Below are positions 13,212 through 25,740 of a DNA stretch of 64,000 bases, in pieces. The stretch's first letter is position 1. Each line of letters opens with the position of its first letter. The notes beneath the pieces are model-generated. The model had not been told where the DNA came from and made no database searches. It was given only the letters and a program-made list of their open reading frames with translations. The position numbers were made by a program, and so were the translations under genes. Origin of the DNA: Hormiphora californensis (Eukaryota > Animalia > Ctenophora). The DNA lies in the NCBI GenBank assembly GCA_020137815.1, contig CM035353.1:6200001-6264000 (forward strand), read 5' to 3'.

Positions 13212-15284
13212 CTATATAATATGCTTCTGTTTGTGTGCCCAATATGATGTATCTTTGTGGAGACATGCAAAACTTGAACTACCTGAAAGGTGGGGGAGAA
13301 GAGTGAGATATGATCTGTTAAATGATACACGTGATCTGTTTTCCAGTTTTATAACTATTTCAGATTTTGCAAATTGTTCGTATAGTAAAGTCGGATTCTT
13401 TAAACTGTCGGCCCCCTTTTTGTACACGTTTTGTACACGTTTTGTAAGCTTCGAACTGTAAGTTAGAACTAATAACCTGTATGTATTGGAACTATGTAGT
13501 AACTAATTTAGCACACATACCTGGGTCAATAGGGCAGTCTGCTTCGTCAGACTTATCCATACAGTCCAATGCACCATCACACCTCTCATTGTGCTCTATA
13601 CACTTCGTGTTCTGGTCACAGCTTATCTGGGTCGCCGAACACACTGTGGAAAACGTGATAATAGTAAATCCGTTTTTATTTATAATTCTCTATCGGCGAG
13701 TAAGTTTCAACGTGCCGGTTTATCAGTACCCTACTAATATTTAGTTCGACGTTCGATTGATTAACGATTGATATCAATCGTTATAAATCAATCGTTAATC
13801 TTGATCGCACGTCGAACTAAATTTTAGTAGGATACTAACAGTGGCACTAAAGAATAACTAATTACAATGATGCGGGGACAGAGAATAACTTACCAACAGG
13901 GCAAAATGACTCATCACTAGAATCTGAGCAGTCGGAATGTCGATCACACTTTCGCCGGAGGGGTATACACCGCCCACTGGAGAAGCATCTAAACTCCGTA
14001 TCCTCATCGCACGGTTCTGTTATAGGGGGGTTAGGTTCTGTTATAGGGATTGATTTAGGGTGGTATAAGAGTTATAGGAAGTGGTATAAGAGTTATAGGA
14101 GGGGGTATAAGAGTTATAGGAGGGGGTATAAGAGTTATAGGAGGGGGTATAAGAGTGGACAGTGTGCACAGTAGACTTATGCAGTCCATGCAACACACAC
14201 CATTCAGTAGATGGGTTCTGTTATAATAGCGGGGGTGGGGGTTTGATACACCATTCAAGACCCGAGGAGACGATTGGGTGCCAATTACAGAGTGGTGAAT
14301 GTAACAGAAAGGGGGGGGGGTAACTGTTCAGAAAAGGGGGTGGTGACTTTTACAGAAAGAGGGGGAGGGGGGTAACTGTTCAGAAAAGGGGGTGGTGACT
14401 TTTACAGAAGGGGGGGGATAACTGTTCAGAAAAGGGGGTGGTGACTTTTACAGAAAGGGGGGGGTGGTGAATGTAACAGAAGGGGGGGGGGGTGGCTGTA
14501 TCAGAGAGAGTGAGAAGTTGTAACATAAATAACGTGATATATAAAACGCTAACCTGAGCTACAACCCGCTTCATCACTACCATCGCTACAATCACTAATC
14601 CCATTACACCTTTTCTTGTAGCTCAAGCATTTTCCATCACACGCAACCTCGTATAGTTGACACTGGCCTGAATTAAATACAGGGTAATATAACTCGGGGA
14701 AATATTGGAAATTACACTCTTATTATTTGCTAACGATTGTAATTTTGAGGACACTAAAGAAGTTAGATCAGATAACTCGCCTGCACTGCTGCCCTCCCAT
14801 AAGTCATGGCATTATATGAGTGGTTTTAATAACAAATACTTTAGTAGTACAGTCGGACCCCGATTTAGTGGCCCCCGATTTAGCGGCACCCCGATTTAGT
14901 GGCAGGATTTTTTCCCGATATAGGAAATTAACATTATTTGACCCCGATTTAGTGGACACCCCGATTTAGTGGACAAACCCGAGGATGCCACTAAATCGGG
15001 GTCTGACTGTAGTTGCGTTATTATGTGCATGCTGACCGTACAATTTCTGATAATATCATGCACGTGTAATCACGTCGTTACATGTGTAAGTATGATCAGC
15101 TGTACTCTCTATAGTCTCTGATCTCTTTCCATCTCTATTTCTATCTCTAGTCGCTCTCTTTCTATCTCTATCTCCCCCATTCTATAAATTTAAACGTCTT
15201 TTCTTATCCAGCTCCCTCTCAGCTACTCTCCCTTGCTAGATGAAAAGGTAACAAGCAAACATATATGCTATACCGGAAGTCTCT

Positions 15285-15333
<49 letters not shown>

Positions 15334-16849
15334 GAGAGTGAGATAGATAATGAGAGAGATAGTCAGGAGAGAGCGAGACAGACAGACAGACGGAAAAAGA
15401 GCAAAATAAGTACGATCAGTTACAGTAATTTTGGAGCTGTAAGGAAAGTTGTGAAGGTCGGCATACGACGACCACGACCCAGTACAGTAGTAAGAGACAC
15501 TAGCGTTGTACATGCAAATTGCAATTTTATGCGTGTGCCACGATAGTGTCTCTAGTTACTAACCCAAGCCACTACCTGATCATGCTCGCCCTAATTAACT
15601 CCCAATTAATTATCATAACTCACCTGTACACAACAGGGGGTTCATAACTCACCTGCACACGGATTAACAGGGTGCTCATCACTTCCGTCCCTACAATGTT
15701 GGATATCATCACACTCGTGTTGCCTGGCAATGCACTGGTCCCCACTTCTACAGCTAAACTCCCTCGCATCATCACAGTCCATTGTCCTCGCAATACTACT
15801 TGTCACCGCCACTAAGTAGCCAGGTTGTTGGTAGGTGAACAAACTATCGGTATGTTCTAGTGTGTGTTAGTGGAGTGTTTGTGTGCAGGACACGTGCAGC
15901 TGGGACATTGAACATGTAGAAGATTCACTCAGGACACGAACATGTATAGAAGAGATACATTGAATACATTGAATACATTGAATACACAACACATGTCATA
16001 TTGTATTAGTATAGACGGGGTACATTGAATACACTCACATGTATGCTGACGCTGTGTATTGTGTACAGTGTATGAAAACATAGACACGTGTACAGACATT
16101 TAAACAGTTTATTCGGGGTCTCATTAATATAATTTTATCGGAGGAATATATTTTATGCATTAGAATTGCATATTATGAATTATATACACTTCGTCGTCAT
16201 CTGTATAGATATCGGTACAACTTCATAAAACTTTAGTACATTTTTTAGACATCCCAACAACGTCTGATGCAAATTTGACGGAAATATGTGTCTATTTTAT
16301 TGTCACATTTGCATAGTGTGCAGTAGGGAAAAAGAGAAAGCGAGAGAGGGTGAGTTTCTTGATCTAATTTCAAACGTTAACTTCATTCTTCGTGTAAGGC
16401 ACACACAGAAACACACAGACTCACAAAGGCATTCTTCACAAACACACTCGCATAAATTTGGCGAGGAGAAAACTACATAATATATATATCAGCTACTCCA
16501 CTTTTCACACCCGTGATACTCCAACAATGCACTTCTTCTTCTACTACTAATACCTACTATTAGTTCTGTGCATAATATAATACTGCTCTACTTTTCTCAA
16601 TGTATGTGGTGCAACTGCACATCACTGATCTACCCAACTCCAGAATTATATCCTCCATTTCATCCGAGAGAGAGAGAAAGGTTTAATGAAAGTAGAAAAG
16701 AAATGAAGCCAGTTGTTACTTCCTAATGCATGCCCAATTGAGAGGTGAACTATGTGCTGGCTGTGTAATAACTCTTTCCGTTAAACTATCTTCCTTTTCT
16801 TTCCCTTGGCTCTTCATATCTCCCTCTCTATCTCTTTCTCTCTTTCCCA

Positions 16850-16916
<67 letters not shown>

Positions 16917-18668
16917 CCTCTCTCTTTCTTTCTTTCCTTTCTCTCTATCTGGGAAACCCCATATGGAGCACACTTCCTTTTCTTTTCTCTTGGTGCAGAA
17001 TGTGTGTGTGTGTGAGAGGGACTAATTTCATTCTCCTCCCCCACTCTCAAACACATGCACATCCCTTTCTCAATCACCGCAAGTAACTCCGCGCTCTTAA
17101 CCACCCCCCCCCCCCTTATACAATATATATCTCTCTCTCTCTCTCTCTCTACACTTTGTCAAGCAGGAGTTATACAATCCCTCTATCATCTATCGTCTAC
17201 ACTCGACCTCACGCACATTAATCTCCGACGTGTACAATACACTGATCGAACAAATAACATTGAGCACACTAACATAAAAGAATTGGAGCACATTTGAAGT
17301 TGTGTATGTGAAGGGTAATGAAGAATTGTGAATGACGTGTCAAGTGTGATATATGAATGCCCTACAATCAAGAAGAGAAAGACCACGACTACTATATATT
17401 GACACTCACCACAGTTTTGTTCATCTGTTGCATCTTGGCAGTCAGAGTCCCCGTCACATCGGAACTTCATCAGTAGACACTCACCATCCCCACACATCAA
17501 GCATTTCGTAGCTGTAAGGAGAGACATAATTAAATAGGATATAATTATTATTTATTGGGGGGGGGGGGGGGGGCAAGGCCAAAAAAGCCAGATCAATCCC
17601 GGATTTTAGGGCGGGTTTGGCTTTTTTGGCCCTACTTTTTAGGTTATTTGAACGGGGGGGGGGGGGGGGACATGTTAATTTTGTTAACTTTGTTAATATT
17701 AACATCGAGAAAACAGGTGATTTATTAACAAATTAACAAAAAGTTAACAAACGTTAACAAATGCCATTTATGTCATCTAAATCCCCTTTAGCACGTATTT
17801 TTAGTATTTAACACTTGTTCTGCGAGCAAAGTTGTTCATTCTGTACGATTTACATACCCCTACTACCTCTATTACGCCTTTTCTACAGCGATTTATTCCA
17901 TTTTGTAAATGTTAATAAATACTAGCCAAACTAAACCGCAATTCAAGTCAAATGACACTAATCCACATTTTCGCACCCTAAAAACTAAATAAGACTCATG
18001 AATTTACCTTAAAACGAAAAATATCCCAAAAATCATTTTTTCTAAAAAACACAAGGATTTGTAGCGAAGCAAATTTTCAATCCTTGACCAAAAAATTGAT
18101 TTTGGGAAAATTTTATTTCTTTTTTCAACAGAAACGTTGTACATCATCTTATTACGTCCAAAGAATCGATTACCAATTTAAAAATTACGTTAAAGTGAGA
18201 TTTTATACGCTAAATTGAAATATTTGTAACTTTTGGAATTTTATCGATTTTGAGCCAAAAAACCTGTATGTCGGACTTTGGTTATCGGAAAAGGCCTTGT
18301 TTGGGTATATATGTGTTAGATAATTCATTAAACTATAAAATTAAACCAGTTAAAGTCGTATTATTAACCAATAAGAACAGTCTTTTAGCATTTGTTAATT
18401 TTGTTAATTTTGTTAATTAACGTTAATTAACAAAATCGAAAAAAAGAGGTGATTTATTAACAATTAACATGTCCCCCCCCCATTTGAACCAATTTTAAGG
18501 CGTATTGTGACCCCTTTACTGTTTCTTATGCTTTATCTAGGTATATTTCATCTAACTCATGACTTTGTAGTGATAAAATAATTTTCAATTTGTCATTTTC
18601 TAATGTTTGATCAAAAAAAGCCAGTCCAAGTATGTTATAATGAGTAATGAGTGATGATTCCAACAGAG

Positions 18669-18730
<62 letters not shown>

Positions 18731-21700
18731 ATGGGGTGACTGCTAAGAGAGAAATGAGATGCACAGTGTTGACATAACACCAGTTCTTGGGTTTGAGACG
18801 AGAGGGTTTAGATAGATCGAAATCTATTGCGACACTATATTCTATACAACTAATGAGGCCTCAAAATAATCACAGGTACAACATACAACAACTTAGTGTT
18901 ATGTTCTAACCCTTTTTTACAGGGGAGGGTTGAGCAAAGCAACAACTTACGATTTGCCTAGCTAGACTGTGTTTCGCGCGCCCCGCACGCGAAATACACA
19001 TACACGAGCTGACCACGTGACCAAGAGTGTACAAAAACACATAACCCTCCTTTACAAATGTAAAGGGAGGGTTAGAACATAACAACTTACGATCACAGTA
19101 GAATTGGGTGCAGGGGTTGTTCATGTATTGGCAACTCCTCCGGTCGTCCGTAAGCTTGTATCCATCCCCACACGCACACGTAGCCCTAAATGGGTTAGAG
19201 GCAATGACAAGGAAGGTTTTTATTGCATATTTGTTTTTAGCCATAACCCCTAATTTTACATTATAATCACCTCATAGCATGAAATGCGATATAATATATA
19301 TGCTTAGCATATATAATATATATTAAAAATGTATTAAAAATTATTTAATTTGTTCCTGGCCTCATAGCATATTATGTTCATAGCATATTATGCATAGTAT
19401 TATGCTCATAGCATTCAGCAAAAAATCGTAACTGAAAGGATACTGGTTTTAGCGTGGCACTAATTTGATTGTAACTCAATTGTAACTTATCTTGGCCAGC
19501 CTGCACAGTCTAATACAGGGTTTACCTGATTAGCTCGATCTAAGAAACATTATTGGGATTGGAAGTGGAACTTGTGTTTTCAATTCTCATTGGAACTCAT
19601 CCAAAAGTATAGTTCAGTGACCTTATAATTATCTCTCTCTGATAAATGATGTAATGAATGAGAGGACACATTGGGAAACACTATACTCCACGTGGTAATT
19701 TTGGCATCGTTCCAAAATATATCTCTTCCCCTCATTATTCTCCCAGGGGGGTTACGCAAACAAGACAATACATATAATATGCCATAGGGCCTTGTGTCAT
19801 GGTCTGAATTCAACTCAGTGAGTTGCAATATTGGTCCAAATCACATTGGCCACAAATAGTAAGTTGCTCTTCAGACAACGCGGAGGGGGGGGGGGTCGTT
19901 AACGAATTTGATGTTTTTATGACAATTCGTCACTTTCAAGTAGTTGGTAGTTGGTAGTTGGAGTTTGAGAAGGGGGGGGGGTGGTGGTCGTGGGGATAGT
20001 GTACAAATAGCTATATCCGGTTATACATGTAGAAAAGGTAGGTTTCAGTTAGGTTTAAAATACATTTAGCTGTGGGGATATTCTAGAACCCTCTAGATAA
20101 CACTCAGTATTCGACAAAGTAATATATATCATGAGGCATCTAATATTTCTGTTATAATTGTATAATGGACAATTGAGACTCGTTGTAGAGTCGGCAATTC
20201 TTACCATTCAACGGTATCATCAACTCAAACGAATAGTGACTACTCCATTAAACGAATAGTGGTGACTACTCCATTAAAATATCATAGCATCTGAATGCAA
20301 TGGAAAAGACACCGCAATAGAAACAAAAACCAAAAAGATAGCTTCGAAATCGCTGAACTGTTCCACTTCACCTGTACTCTGGAACCTAGTTGACCCAGTA
20401 CAAATAGAAGGAGTTGTGTGACTTACCCGTCAGGTGTGATGAGGCAGAAGGAGTTGTGTGTGACTTACCCGTCAGGTGTGATGAGGCAGAAGGAGGTGTG
20501 TGTGACTTACCCGTCAGGTGTGATGAGGCAGAAGGAGGTGTGTGTGACTTACCCGTCAGGTGTGATGAGGCAGAAGGAGGTGTGTGTGTGACTTACCCGT
20601 CAGGTGTGATGAGGCAGAAGGAGGTGTGTGTGACTTACCCGTCAGGTGTTATGAGGCAGAAGGAGGTGTGTGTGACTTACCCGTCAGGTGTTATGAGGCA
20701 GAATGAGGTGTGTGACTTACCCGTCAGGTGTGATGAGGCAGAAGGAGGTGTGTGACTTACCCGTCAGGTGTGATGAGGCAGAAGGAGGTGTGTGTGTGAC
20801 TTACCCGTCAGGTGTGATGAGGCAGAAGGAGGTATGTGTGACTTACCCGTCAGGTGTTATGAGGCAGAATGAGGTGTGTGTGTGTGTGACTTACCCGTCA
20901 GGTGTGATGAGGCAGAAGGAGGTGTGTGACTTACCCGTCAGGTGTGATGAGGCAGAAGGGGGGTGTGTGTGACTTACCCGTCAGGTGTGATGAGGCAGAA
21001 GGAGGTGTGTGTGTGACTTACCCGTCAGGTGTGATGAGGCAGAAGGAGGTGTGTGTGACTTACCCGTCAGGTGTGATGAGGCAGAAGTGCTCGCACGATT
21101 TCCCTTGGCACGGATTACTCGGTCGACTGGGCTGCTGTGTGGGGTGCAGCACCTTGATACCCGTCAGTGTTCCATTCAAACCCTGATAGTAATTTTCAGT
21201 TAATCTTTGTTTCCATTATAGTGGCAGTGCAATTAGGTGTAGTGTCACTTGCCAGGGTTCATTATAGGTGGGGAGCTGGGGGGGGGGGGTAATATTACAG
21301 AACTTTGATAGGTGGACGGAGGAGTAAGAGAAAGATATCAAACGAGCAGAATGAGACTGAAACTGCATAAAATATAAGATGATCTAATCCTTAACTCAAT
21401 TTAATATAATAACAGGAAAATTACGGACAAAATTACGGACAAAATTACGGTCCAGTCGTCAATATTATATATATGGGGAGGGGAGGGGGGGGGGATTATC
21501 ACGAGTAGAAAATCTCCCAAGGGCGGGAGATCATATCCACCATGAGGTCAGATACAATAAGTTTAAATTCGGCACATATCGCGTGCCAATGTTAATTGGA
21601 CTGTACACTCATTTAGGCACTAATAAGCAATTACATTGCAATTGTGTGTACAAACTATACACAAGTACAGAAGATGCCATGTCAGTCAGGCGATACATTG

Positions 21701-23900
21701 TTAATTGCAGTTAGATATACATAATATACACAATGATTACAATGTGTTTATATTTGTCCTGTAGTACAGCTCCTGTGTAGAGCTCTTTGTATTACAATGG
21801 TCCACACACAAGCATTGTATACACACACAATGATTATAGATTCAAATTTCATCTTACCATAGTGTGTCGAGTATGCCCCAAACCAGTCAATTTATTATAT
21901 CTGTTCATTTCGGTTTTCCGGGACTCGCCCGATGTATATACAATGTACAAGCTGAAACAAGTTGTGTCATATTGGTGCTTGGTAGAACGTCGGCACCAAC
22001 CAATCAATTGGTGCTATCTTGTGATTCTTTGTCGCTTTCTTTTGAGTTAAAAATTTCAACTCAAAAGAAAGCGACTTAACATTTGTTGTACACTTCAGGT
22101 GTTGCATGGTAACTGTTACGCAAAGTGTACATTACTATCCAACTATACTATCCAACTATACTATCCAACTATACTATCCAACTATACTATCCAACTATAC
22201 TATCCAACTATACTATACTTACTATCCAACAATTACAAATTGAAACAAGTTAGTCAAACATCCAACAATTACCTGTCTTCAAATAAATCCATTTGTAAGG
22301 CATATCTGAGTTGTTCATCTCCCTCCCTGAGGATCCTATCATGCCCACTGAAAGTCATGACATGGAGGCTCTTCCCAACTGCATCAACCCAATAAAGTCT
22401 GTTTGCAAAATGATCAATGACAAGCGCTGTTGGCTGCTCAATAACCATTCCGTCTTCCTTCTGTATCAATAAAACGGGGTCCGTTCCGTCCATCCCAGCA
22501 CGGCCAATGTGAGGGTTATCCCCCCAGCAGGACCAAAACATATACCCCGTGCTGGGGGAGACGGCAATACCACGGATCTGATCTAGGTTCCGCCAGACCA
22601 GGACCTTGCTCCACTCCCCATTGTAATCGGTTACCATTACCCTACGGTTGTCCTGGGAAGCCCAGTATACCCTTTGGTTAACCCAGTCAAGGGATAACTT
22701 GAAGCAGTCAATCTGGGATAGGACCTTGATGGGGTTATATAGTTTACCGTTCACCAGTTGTCCCCTCCACAAGCTCTTACGATTACTTGCTTCGTACACT
22801 GCCTGTTCCCCCGAGCACCAAAATAGTAACTCCCTCCGGTGATCATACCCAAAATCAAACACTGAATTACTGTCCGGGTGGGCATCTAAACCGAGGGGAT
22901 TGAAATTCTGAAGATCGGGCGAGAAGCTGATATCATCGTCTATAGAGATAAGGTATTCCCTAGTAGAGGCCTGGGCTCGACAAGTCGTCGAGGGTACACC
23001 CCCAGTCGGGAGGAATAAGAAGCCGTCCTGACAGGAGCATGTCGCCTCCCCGCCGGACAGGGAACACGATTGGGAGCATGGTGTGTCGGGTGGACAGCAC
23101 GGTGGGGCCTCGTCACTGCCATCTGGGCAGTCGGACACACCATCGCACCACTGGATCTCGAGTATCTGGTCCTGAGAAATGCAGGGGTTAAATTCTAGGG
23201 GAAAGAAATGGGGGTGTTTTATATTACATTTATTGTCCTAGAGGTTTTTAACCAACGCGTCGAGACCAAATCGCATACATGTCTCATCTTGAGACGATTT
23301 GCTGTCGATTGAGCACTACAGGAGCTCACAAATCTGTACCAGCTCCTTTCCAGCGGCATAATATAACTTCCGGTACCAAACTTTGGGCACTCAAGATGGT
23401 CGTATTATTATTATTCAGTTCAACACGTTTCCAGGAAGATATAATTTCTTTTACTGGAAAAAATTTACTGTCAAGATAATTCTACGAATTACGATGCTAA
23501 AAGACGAAGACTTAATTACAAATTAGATTAGATCCTGCATCTTAACCTAGCAAACTGAGGCGATCACGTCGATCTTCCCTGAGAAAAAACCCGTACACTC
23601 TCAACAGTTCTCTTAACCGTGAGAGAGGTTCCCTCTCCCATGGATGTAAAGGTATCCATAGTTCAGATTAAATTATGTGGCCACCTTTCGACTAATTTAG
23701 ATCGAAATATGCATGTTTGGTACAGGGACCGGCATGGAACTGGATGAATAACAGGGAAGAATTCTACCACCCCGTGCTTGCGTTGGATAAAGATGTGTTA
23801 AAGAAAGGGGTTTATTTCAAAGTGTTACCTTTCCATTGTTGCACAACCGGCTGAAGCCGGTGACCGAGCTAATAAGTATCAGTAGCAGTAACAGAGACAT
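13212..23900 (-). CDS. LDL-receptor-related protein (SP-LDLa-EGF-YWTD propeller-EGF-LDLa x5), multi-exon; 3' end uncertain
   Basis: Exons 23900-23829 ([20 protein letters not shown]), 23171-22273 ([17 protein letters not shown], blades LFWCS/VYWAS/MFWSC/LYWVD), 21951-21858, 21182-21064 ([23 protein letters not shown]), 19185-19091 (CACGDGYKL), 17511-17410, 15856-15653, 14667-14554, 14016-13894 and 13643-13521 (five LDLa repeats). All junctions are GT-AG and phase-compatible. A possible terminal exon runs ~13282-13212. Confidence 0.85.
14055..14495. repeat. Intronic minisatellites (21-bp GGTATAAGAGTTATAGGAGGG; ~50-bp ACAGAAAGGGGG..TAACTGTTCAGAAAAGGGGGTGGTGACTTTT)
   Basis: Direct inspection; fills the intron between two LDLa exons. 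Confidence 0.8.
14850..15009. mobile_element. Tc1/mariner-like MITE (TIR CAGTCGGACCCCGATTTA, TA target duplication)
   Basis: TA|CAGTCGGACCCCGATTTAG...CTAAATCGGGGTCTGACTG|TA with internal CCCCGATTTAG subrepeats. Same family at 41031, 47855 and 51061, with fragments near 24000, 42200-42303, 47245-47291 and 63310-63362. Confidence 0.88.
17654..18481. mobile_element. Non-autonomous TIR element with poly-G/poly-C termini and 8-bp TSD
   Basis: Gn-ACATGTTAATT...AATTAACATGT-Cn ends; ATTTGAAC directly repeated at 17646-17653 and 18482-18489; no coding capacity seen. Confidence 0.75.
18954..19080. mobile_element. Short interspersed element (TTGCCTAGC...GGTTAGAACAT family), copy 2
   Basis: Flanked by 13-bp direct repeat AACAACTTACGAT (18941-18953 and 19081-19093). 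Internal hairpin ACCCTCCTTTACAAATGTAAAGGGAGGGT. Confidence 0.7.
20406..21086 (-). repeat. Tandem array (16 x ~40-48 bp) of an exon end plus 5' splice site
   Basis: Unit on minus strand: TTCTGCCTCATCACACCTGACGG|GTAAGTCACACACACCTCC. The copy nearest the exon body is the real end of exon 21182-21064. Confidence 0.93.
22132..22232. repeat. 13-bp tandem repeat (ACTATCCAACTAT)
   Basis: About 7 copies in the intron just after the large YWTD exon. Confidence 0.85.
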
Positions 23901-25105
23901 TCATCATACGGTTCCTGAGAAAATTGTTCATGTTTGACAAAGTTATTTGTTCCTGAAAAAGTAGCTCCATCTTATTACGTGAACAGTGCAGAGATATCGG
24001 ACCCCGATTTACATCCCGAAAAATTGGGGTCCAACTACTATACACGAAAGGAAATAATCTACACTGTAGTTAACTTCAAATACAGACAAATTGAGTAGCA
24101 GCTAAAAACAAGCTGTTTGAAAGACTCTGTACAATACGATACGATAAATAACAACTATATCAGGACCTCATGAGGTCCTGATCACATGAATATGTTAGTT
24201 TTATAACAATGGTGTGGTGAGGACTGAGGGCCATAAAAGGCAATTAATTATTAACGAAAAAATAAGTTCGTTATCCCTTCAGATAGATTGCTGTCAAAAT
24301 ACTTGGCAGTACGCTGCGTTGTTGGGGTACGTGAGGGGAATGCAGAGCTTTTCAATTTTAAGCTTTGGTTCCGTTTTTGGGCAAAAATGCGTTGACCATT
24401 GTTCATACTAAAAACAGACCCCTAGCCTCGGTAACGAATAGTGCAGGAATCGGGATAATACGGGACTACGCACACGGTGTGACTGGAGAGAAAATAGAAA
24501 ATACTATACTACCCAAACAACGATTGGGCGCCGTTACGATCTGGGTGTTTGGAGGCCTGTTGGTGCTTGCTGCCATAAAGCACCCTGCACTAAAACAACT
24601 CTAACCGCCAAACCACTCAACCGTTTTGGCTAAACCAAAGTTTATCTGATAGGAAATATCAAGCCCTAACCCCAGCCCTACCCTACTTTAGCCCTAACCC
24701 TAAAAACCGTGATTGCTGACACTCCAAACACCGAGATTTTAACGTTGCAACGTTGGCTCACTTTTTTAGCAGCAAAAAACCAAATGCGCGGCGCACTGTA
24801 AAAACTTTTACGAGCGCGCCTTATTACCTGCGTCGCTGTTTTAATAAACTTCGCTTATTACATTTTATTACGCGCGTCGCAAATCATTCGTTGTTTTCGT
24901 TATTTTCATTTCCATTTCATTTCCGGCTCTCCTTTCATTTCCGGCCGCTCAGAGTCATTTTCCGGTTTCCCGTTTCCCCCCGGACTCCGGCATTTTCGTT
25001 TGGCTAAGTGGCAACCCCGTAGTAGTTAGTACGCGTATGTTATCAGCCATTGTCGAACCACACTGAGATTTTTGATCGGGCCTCAGGACATGCTTCATAT
25101 TTTGG

Positions 25106-25495
25106 GTCACCACACACCAAAGTTAAAATTAAAATTAAAATTTGACGTTTTTGGCCATAACTCAGCCATTTCTTGACCAATTTGCAAAATCTTGGGCTCA
25201 TTGGAAAGAGGGCATCGAGCCCGTTCTGAACAGCTCAAGAAACTTGAAATCCGCGCAAAGTGCGCGGCGTTACAGTACAAAATGTGTGCGTTAAAATTTT
25301 AAAATTTTAACACGCGCATTATGCGCCTTAACGCCGCGCACTTTGCGCCGATTTTAAGTTTCTTGAGCTCTTCAGAACGGGCTCGATGCCCTCTTTCCAA
25401 AAAGCACAAAATGAAGCAATTTTGCCAAGAAATGGGAGAGTTATGACCAAAAACGTCAAATTTTAATTTTAATTTTAACTTTGGTGTGTGGTGAC
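25106..25495. mobile_element. ~390-bp foldback (near-palindromic) element
   Basis: GTCACCACACACCAAAGTTAAAATTAAAATT... mirrored by ...AATTTTAATTTTAACTTTGGTGTGTGGTGAC; the arms pair over almost the whole length around ~25300. Confidence 0.85.
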
Positions 25496-25740
25496 AAGTG
25501 CTGTCCAGTCCATCAGGGGCGTCCGCATCGTCCGCATGGCAGAGCCGCCCCTGCTGTCCATCGGAAATATCCAGCCTTGAATCATGACTTTAGCTTTGTC
25601 TTGCTCGCCCTGTCTCACCGCGTATGAGTCATATCAGGTGTCTTTTATTTTCAAATTTCAAATTGTAAATTTTCTTAGGAAAATAGGGAAAAATCAAAAT
25701 TAGTTAACATTCAAAACAGTCATCATAACTTATTTACTTT

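Noticed and set aside
20406-21086. CRISPR-like appearance of the regular arrays (also 35946-37136 and 44322-44661)
   Set aside because: Units are head-to-tail with no unique spacers, there are no cas genes, and the context is eukaryotic introns.
20414-21203. Plus-strand Cys-rich repeat ORFs ([14 protein letters not shown])
   Set aside because: Translations of the antisense strand of an intronic junction array, with frames shifting at the TG tract.
24663-24705. CCCTAA telomere-like motifs
   Set aside because: Only 2-3 imperfect units inside a small inverted-repeat element; not a telomere or fusion scar.
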